Virus record (IMG/VR): IMGVR_UViG_3300017917_000332
Coordinates: 1-64,000 of that record
Origin: a virus
Direction: 5' to 3' (one strand)
DNA: 64,000 nt
Shown here: piece after piece, positions 46,863 through 64,000 of the stretch
How positions within the stretch are numbered: the first letter of the stretch is position 1
Layout: each line of letters begins with the position of its first letter
Program-made: the position numbers and the translations under genes
The notes under the pieces: generated by a model
Databases searched by the model: none
Told to the model about the DNA's origin: nothing
Seen by the model: only the letters and a program-made list of their open reading frames with translations

Positions 46863-47879
46863 ATGACTAAACGTATTGGTTTTGCCTGCAAATGGATTGA
46901 CCGCCCAGACCAAGTAGATGGTATCAAAGCCAAAGACGACTGCAAACAGTACAACACTGGTACTACTACAGTGGCTTGGCTCAAACGTCAAACTCGAGAC
47001 GTTGCAGAAGAAAAACTATGGGATTTGATGAAAGGCAACATTGAGTCCATTCGTAAACTTGTAACTAAAGTGGGAGAACAAGATGTTAACCTTAGAATGG
47101 TTCGCCTTTCAAGCGATATTCTGCCTGTCTACACTGAGCCTAGTTGGCGGTATTTTTGGCAGCTTCCTGACGTACGACAATATGCAGAGAGGCATTTTGC
47201 AGAGGTCGGTCGCATTGCCCGTGATCGGAATGTGCGCCTTAGTTTCCATCCTGGGCAGTTTACCGTTCTGGCTAGCGACAATCCTGATATTGTAAATAGA
47301 AGTACTGAGGAGTTTGAATATCATGTGGATATGGCCCGCTGGATGGGATACGGCAAATCATTTCAAGACTTTAAAATCAACGTCCACATTGCGGGTCGAG
47401 CCGGTCCAGCCGGTATCATCAGTGTGCTTTCACGACTCACTCCAGAAGCAAGAAACTGTATTACTATCGAGAACGAAGAAAATGCGTGGGGGCTCAACTC
47501 AACACTCGAACTCGCAAAACATTGCGCCCTTGTACTCGATATACACCATCACTGGTGCCGTGAAGGAGAGTACATTCAACCCACCGACGATAGAGTTCTA
47601 CGTGTAATCGATTCATGGCGTGGTGTTCGTCCAGTTATTCACTACAGCATTAGTCGCGAAGATGTTCTTGTAGACCACTGTAATAAAACACTACCAGACT
47701 ACAAAACACTACTAGGATTTGGATACAAAAAAGCTAAACTTCGAGCACACAGCAACTTCTACTGGAACAACGCTGTCAACGATTGGGCCGCTAGTTTCTG
47801 GGAACACTGCGATATTATGTGCGAGAGCAAAGCTAAGAATCTAGCCAGCTTTGAGTTTCACCAACATGCCATTAGATAA
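46863..47879 (+). CDS. uvsE: UV damage endonuclease (UVDE)
   Basis: RLSSDILP, RLSFHPGQFTVLAS, INVH, TIENEE, VLDIHHH, HYS, AHS, DIMCESKAK. Confidence 0.93.
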   Translation: MTKRIGFACKWIDRPDQVDGIKAKDDCKQYNTGTTTVAWLKRQTRDVAEEKLWDLMKGNIESIRKLVTKVGEQDVNLRMVRLSSDILPVYTEPSWRYFWQLPDVRQYAERHFAEVGRIARDRNVRLSFHPGQFTVLASDNPDIVNRSTEEFEYHVDMARWMGYGKSFQDFKINVHIAGRAGPAGIISVLSRLTPEARNCITIENEENAWGLNSTLELAKHCALVLDIHHHWCREGEYIQPTDDRVLRVIDSWRGVRPVIHYSISREDVLVDHCNKTLPDYKTLLGFGYKKAKLRAHSNFYWNNAVNDWAASFWEHCDIMCESKAKNLASFEFHQHAIR

Positions 47880-48108
47880 GACAGTGTGGTCTTACGACAG
47901 TAATCAAGCATGGAAAGATCACTGTATTGGCTGGAAAAAACAGCTATCAATCATTCCGAGATATTGTTTTTACAGTAACAAACTTATCTGGTTACAAATG
48001 GCATATAAGGGAACAGCGATGTGGACAGGTCCCGGTGAACCTGTCTTTGAACATCGCTGGGTTAATAAAAACCAATACCTTTTAGAAAAAGTAAAAGGTA
48101 CTATTTAG
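47866..48108 (+). CDS. Hypothetical protein
   Basis: PRYCFYSNKLIWL pattern; start at ATG 47866. Confidence 0.55.
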   Translation: MPLDKTVWSYDSNQAWKDHCIGWKKQLSIIPRYCFYSNKLIWLQMAYKGTAMWTGPGEPVFEHRWVNKNQYLLEKVKGTI

Positions 48109-48341
48109 GCCTTAGGTGCTTTTGGTGCCTTTGGCTTTCTTGGTGCTTTTGGTTTTGCACCGCCCTGCTTCTTAGGCTTTTGACCGCCTTGTTTTTTAGC
48201 AGGTGCTGGCTTTGCTTGAGGTTCTGGTGCTTTTTCTACAACAGGTGCAGGTTCTTGTACAACAGGTGCCTCAACCTTATAAGGTGCTTCTGGTGCTGGT
48301 TGGCTACCAATACCAAAAAGCTTCTTAAAAAAGTTAATCAT
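48105..48341 (-). CDS. Small Pro/Lys/Ala-rich basic protein
   Basis: AAGGAG SD, TAAATA (minus strand, 48361-48366), KKQGG x2 and PKA repeats. Confidence 0.7.
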   Translation of the reverse strand: MINFFKKLFGIGSQPAPEAPYKVEAPVVQEPAPVVEKAPEPQAKPAPAKKQGGQKPKKQGGAKPKAPRKPKAPKAPKA

Positions 48342-48392
48342 AGTTAATCTCCTTGTTGATTATTTATGATTAAATATGCTACTATATTAAAA

Positions 48393-49319
48393 ATGATGGA
48401 AAATACTCCTGTTATTACTGTTACCTGTGCTAGAGATTTGCCAATGCTAGAATTGCAGGCTCAAAGCATACACAATTTTTTATCTAAAGATTGTCCAGTA
48501 TTCATTATAGTAAACGAAGATGATACAGATTTTTGGCAGTTAGAATTTGATAAAAACATAAAACATTATTATCAACATCATAAACTAACTATTATCTATA
48601 AAAGCGAATTTCAAAGCAATTGGTCACAGTGGATACCGAGTATTGCCAACCCCTGGTCTGTGGGTTGGGAAACTCAACAGATACTAAAGTTAGCAATCTC
48701 TGAGAAAATACACTCGCCTCGGTATCTTGTTTTAGACAGTCAGAACTTTTTAATTAAACATTGGGATCCGAGTGTATATCCTCAAATGGGGTCTAAGGTT
48801 CCAGCAAGACCCGGCAATTTTGTTATGCCTGTAGAAATCTGGAACCAGTACTCAGAAAGTCTCGATATTAGTCTAGCACCTCCTACAGACAGCACAATGT
48901 CTATGTGTACTCCAATATTTTTTAAAACTAAGCTAGTTAAAACATTAATTGAACACGCAGGTGGCATTGTTAAGTTTACAAACTGGTTTAAAAATGCCAG
49001 CAAAATTAAAAGCGAATTTATACTTTACTTAATTTGGGCTGAAAAACAAAACGGGTTTGAAAGACACCATTATATGATTGATATATCTAAAGACTGGGCT
49101 AATCCGTACCTACGAGACTGTAGAACAGAAGAAGAATTTAACAACTTCGTATCGTTTGTTGGAGTACACGATTCACACGCATGGATCAGCATAAATCACA
49201 GAGCGTGGGGTAACATGACCCAAGAACAATACAAAAACCTCAGCACGGTTCTTTCTCACTACAATCTAACTCCAAAGTTTGAGCAATACCGTAGCGAATA
49301 CGTAGACATTAAAATTTAA
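48393..49319 (+). CDS. Glycosyltransferase-like protein (DUF6492/GT-A-like)
   Basis: GWETQQILKL…YLVLDSQNF; TAAATA 48371-48376 upstream. Confidence 0.55.
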   Translation: MMENTPVITVTCARDLPMLELQAQSIHNFLSKDCPVFIIVNEDDTDFWQLEFDKNIKHYYQHHKLTIIYKSEFQSNWSQWIPSIANPWSVGWETQQILKLAISEKIHSPRYLVLDSQNFLIKHWDPSVYPQMGSKVPARPGNFVMPVEIWNQYSESLDISLAPPTDSTMSMCTPIFFKTKLVKTLIEHAGGIVKFTNWFKNASKIKSEFILYLIWAEKQNGFERHHYMIDISKDWANPYLRDCRTEEEFNNFVSFVGVHDSHAWISINHRAWGNMTQEQYKNLSTVLSHYNLTPKFEQYRSEYVDIKI

Positions 49320-49330
49320 ATAAATATAGG

Positions 49331-49888
49331 ATGTACAATTTTATCAAGTGGACTTTAAACGAAGGCAAAACTCCAAAAACCTTAGAATTACTGCCTTTGC
49401 CATATAAAAAAGACGAATTAGATCCTGCTATCAGCGAGGACACAATCAACTACCACTATGGTAAATTAGCCAAAGCATACGTTACACGTTTTAATGACGG
49501 CGAGGGCGATGCTGAATTTAACGAAGCTGGTGCATTTTTACACAACATACTATTTCAACAATATCAAGCACCTAGTAGAAATAATATTCCAGACGGAACT
49601 GCGGCTGAATTTATAGAAAAACACTGGAAAACATTTGATCGTTTTCAACAGGAATTTAACAAAGTTGCAATGTCTATACAGGGTAGCGGGTGGGTTTATT
49701 TGGCTAGAGATGGCGAAATAAAGACCGTTACAAACCATCAAATCAAGCAAGATATCGTATTGTTAATTGATTGGTGGGAACATGCTTGGGCATTAGATTA
49801 TCAACACGATAAGAAAAAATACTTAGAAAACCAGTGGAAGATTATTAACTGGAATGTAATTAGTGCTAGAGTTGGCCTAGTTGTTTAA
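49331..49888 (+). CDS. Fe/Mn superoxide dismutase
   Basis: LPY…L.PAISE.T..YH, HNILF, GSGW, DWWEHAW; TAAATA 49321-49326 lies 4 nt before ATG. Confidence 0.9.
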   Translation: MYNFIKWTLNEGKTPKTLELLPLPYKKDELDPAISEDTINYHYGKLAKAYVTRFNDGEGDAEFNEAGAFLHNILFQQYQAPSRNNIPDGTAAEFIEKHWKTFDRFQQEFNKVAMSIQGSGWVYLARDGEIKTVTNHQIKQDIVLLIDWWEHAWALDYQHDKKKYLENQWKIINWNVISARVGLVV

Positions 49889-50153
49889 GACTGCTAACTG
49901 GCATATCCCATATCTTACGAGCTTCAACACCCTTTTCCTGTGCAAACTTTTTAACATCACAGTCACCACAAACGTGGTAGTAATTATTGTTTAAACGCTT
50001 AGGATCCATGTTTCCCTTGTCTCGTTTAAATATTCCTTGGCAACAATCACAACGAAAGATCAACACAGTTTTCTTTCGTGTATAGGCATGCATAGTACCG
50101 TACTTACTCTTACGGTAGTGCGCTTGTTGTGCGTATTCTTGTCCCAAGTACAT
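49866..50153 (-). CDS. Zn-finger hypothetical protein
   Basis: CDCC…CGDC; TAAATA (minus strand, 50159-50164) lies 5 nt before ATG. Confidence 0.65.
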   Translation of the reverse strand: MYLGQEYAQQAHYRKSKYGTMHAYTRKKTVLIFRCDCCQGIFKRDKGNMDPKRLNNNYYHVCGDCDVKKFAQEKGVEARKIWDMPVSSLKQLGQL

Positions 50154-50213
50154 ATTACTATTTACATTAAGGTTATAAAATCCTTTTGCTAAATATGATA
50201 TCGAGGGGCTATT

Positions 50214-50537
50214 GTGATCACAATTACTGATTCAGCAAAACAAAAAATCAAAGACCTTCTTTACGAAGAGGGCAATCCTAAACTATCGCTAAGAACTTTT
50301 ATACAAGGCGGTGGCTGTAGCGGCTTTAGCTACGGCTTTACGTTTGATGAAGAAATTAACGAGGACGATTTTGAGATTCCTCTAGACGAGTTTAAAGTAC
50401 TTGTAGACAGCATGAGCATGACTTATCTACAAGGTGCAGAGATTGACTTTGTAGAAGATCTACATGGCAGTCAGTTTTCAATTAAGAATCCAAACGCAAC
50501 TACTACCTGCGGTTGCGGATCAAGTTTCGGAGTATAA
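50214..50537 (+). CDS. erpA: A-type Fe-S carrier (ErpA/IscA, HesB family)
   Basis: [20 protein letters not shown]; TAAATA 50190-50195 upstream. Confidence 0.9.
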   Translation: MITITDSAKQKIKDLLYEEGNPKLSLRTFIQGGGCSGFSYGFTFDEEINEDDFEIPLDEFKVLVDSMSMTYLQGAEIDFVEDLHGSQFSIKNPNATTTCGCGSSFGV

Positions 50538-50542
50538 TATAA

Positions 50543-62271
<11,729 letters not shown>

Positions 62272-62272
<1 letters not shown>

Positions 62273-64000
62273 TGGCTAAGCAAGTAATCAACATTGGAAC
62301 AGTAGCTAATGATAAAAGCGGTGATCCGTTACGCACCGCTTTTGCCAAAGTAAACAATAACTTTACAGAACTTTATAACATAATCGAAACTGCAAGTTTA
62401 ACGGAATTAGCTCAAGACTATGCAGCCGCAATGTTTACTGGTGGTACACATAGCGGTATTGCTGTAACATATGACGACGCTAACAATAAACTAAACTTAG
62501 CAGTTGATGCGTTAGATTTATCAGCAGTATCTCAAGACATTGTTCCAGACTCAGACAATACCCACGATTTAGGATCCCCAACTAAACAATGGCGACACGT
62601 ATATACTTCGGGCGGCAGTATTTACTTAGATAATATTAAACTTACAAACGTAAACGGCAAATTTACTGCTACTAAAGTTATTAATCCAGGTGAAGAAAAC
62701 GAAGCAGAGGATCCGGAAGATTCAGATGCTACCAGCGAAATAGGTGGGGGTGGAGGACAGGGGTTACCATCTATCACTATACCAGCGACTCCCGTAGTAC
62801 TCTACAAAGGCCTACAGGCCAGTTATGGTGTTGTACATTCTAACAATAATAGTAATGAACTAAATGTCAACAAGATAGTTATACATAAGCCAGCAACTAC
62901 TACATTAACTATAGATCCAACAGGCAATCAAGACGATTTCCAAGTCAGCGGATTAGGCAGTAGTGATGTCCTAGCTATGTTTGTAGTCTACGGTGATACC
63001 AACGGGGCTAAGCCGTTAAGCGCACTACAAAACTTTACCCGAGCAGTTATTGACAATGTTATTTTAGTTGACGGTGTAACAGGAGACTTTCGCACAGTTG
63101 ACCAAATGAAGACTGCGTTCTATGGCAACTATCAGATTTTAGCCAGTGCCGCAGGTGGATTATACACTAACTTCCAATTCTTGGCAAACAATGTCAACAC
63201 CCTAACAGGAGGAGCAACTACTACTCGTGAAGGCAGTGGAGCGGTGTTTGAAATTACAGATGTTGGCAATGGTACTTACCAAACGCAGGGTACACTGAAC
63301 CCTGGCACTAACTATCGTGAAGGACACAAGATCAAAATTTTAGGCACTGACTTGGGCGGTGTGACTCCAGACAATGACTGTATCATAACTTTAGGTGCTA
63401 CTGGCGAAAATGGATCTGTGTTTTTATGGAGTGTAGAAGGCACGGCAGCAGGCGCTGGCCCTGACCCAATAATATATTCTCCAGTAAGTGGCACTAACAT
63501 CGATGTAGGCAGCGGATTAGCCATTGCCAGTGTTAATAACAATAACGGAACATTAGAAATCAGCGCATTCGGATTAGGTAACAACTATGTGGTAGGTGAT
63601 GTGATTACCCTAGCTGGCGACGAACTCGAAGGTGGTGTAACACCAGATAACGATATGACTCTTACAGTTACTAATGTAGGTAATATTCGTGGTCCAGCAT
63701 TTGGAGTCACAGTCTCTGGAACATTACCAAGGTTATGGCCCTTGAACAATGTCTCCGATGGTGGAGTGGACCAATACGACACAGCCAACTACATCAATAC
63801 CAATCTTGCTAACCAAATCAACTACAACGGTGGCAACACAGTTGTAGACGGTACACTGGCGTTTGGCGCGGGCAGTACCTACAGTTTCGTCTATGACACA
63901 GCGATATTTGGTTTATTCGTCACAGGCAACGGCGCTACATCAATCAGCACCAGCGGTAACAGCGGAGCAGACGGTGGCAGTACCACTGAAACAGGTTATG
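62272..64000 (+). CDS. Virion fibre protein, 5' part (runs off window; not in ORF track)
   Basis: MAKQVINIGTVANDKSGDPLRTAFAKVNNNFTELY, paralogous to the giant protein's N-terminus; IVPDSDNTHDLGSPTKQW motif; TAATG coupling. Confidence 0.8.

Overview
This window is a 64-kb, AT-rich, gene-dense segment of a large tailed dsDNA bacteriophage (T4-like/jumbo type; host probably a Gram-negative proteobacterium, inferred from lipobox proteins and ErpA-/IF-1-like genes). It uses the standard genetic code and has three zones. (1) About 1-27.3 kb is an alternating-strand block of tailoring enzymes: 12 radical-SAM enzymes in four subfamilies, six Fe(II)/2OG or cupin oxygenase-like proteins, a flavin-dependent halogenase, a class-III aminotransferase, an amidinotransferase, two degenerate kinase-fold proteins, and GNAT, SDR, methyltransferase, QueC-like and SGNH-like proteins. 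Most of its transcription units start at a TAA(A/G/T)TA hexamer 4-6 nt before the start codon, which suggests T4-like late promoters and leaderless mRNAs. (2) About 27.3-44 kb is a unidirectional early region with near-perfect sigma70 promoters. It opens with a 109-nt tRNA-like RNA that has no anticodon loop, and contains IF-1, two ClpP, SPFH, YccA/BI-1, DNA ligase, a MazG-like protein, a metallophosphoesterase and a 13th rSAM. (3) About 44-64 kb holds queD (behind a preQ1-riboswitch-like pseudoknot), uvsE, SOD, ErpA/IscA, a glycosyltransferase-like gene and virion fibre/baseplate genes, including a 3909-aa protein with phycobiliprotein-like CxRD repeats. The best candidates for new biology are the late-expressed rSAM/oxygenase biosynthetic cluster, the anticodon-less tRNA-like RNA, the phage riboswitch-like leader and the CxRD virion repeats. 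All family calls are by motif recognition; no searches were run.
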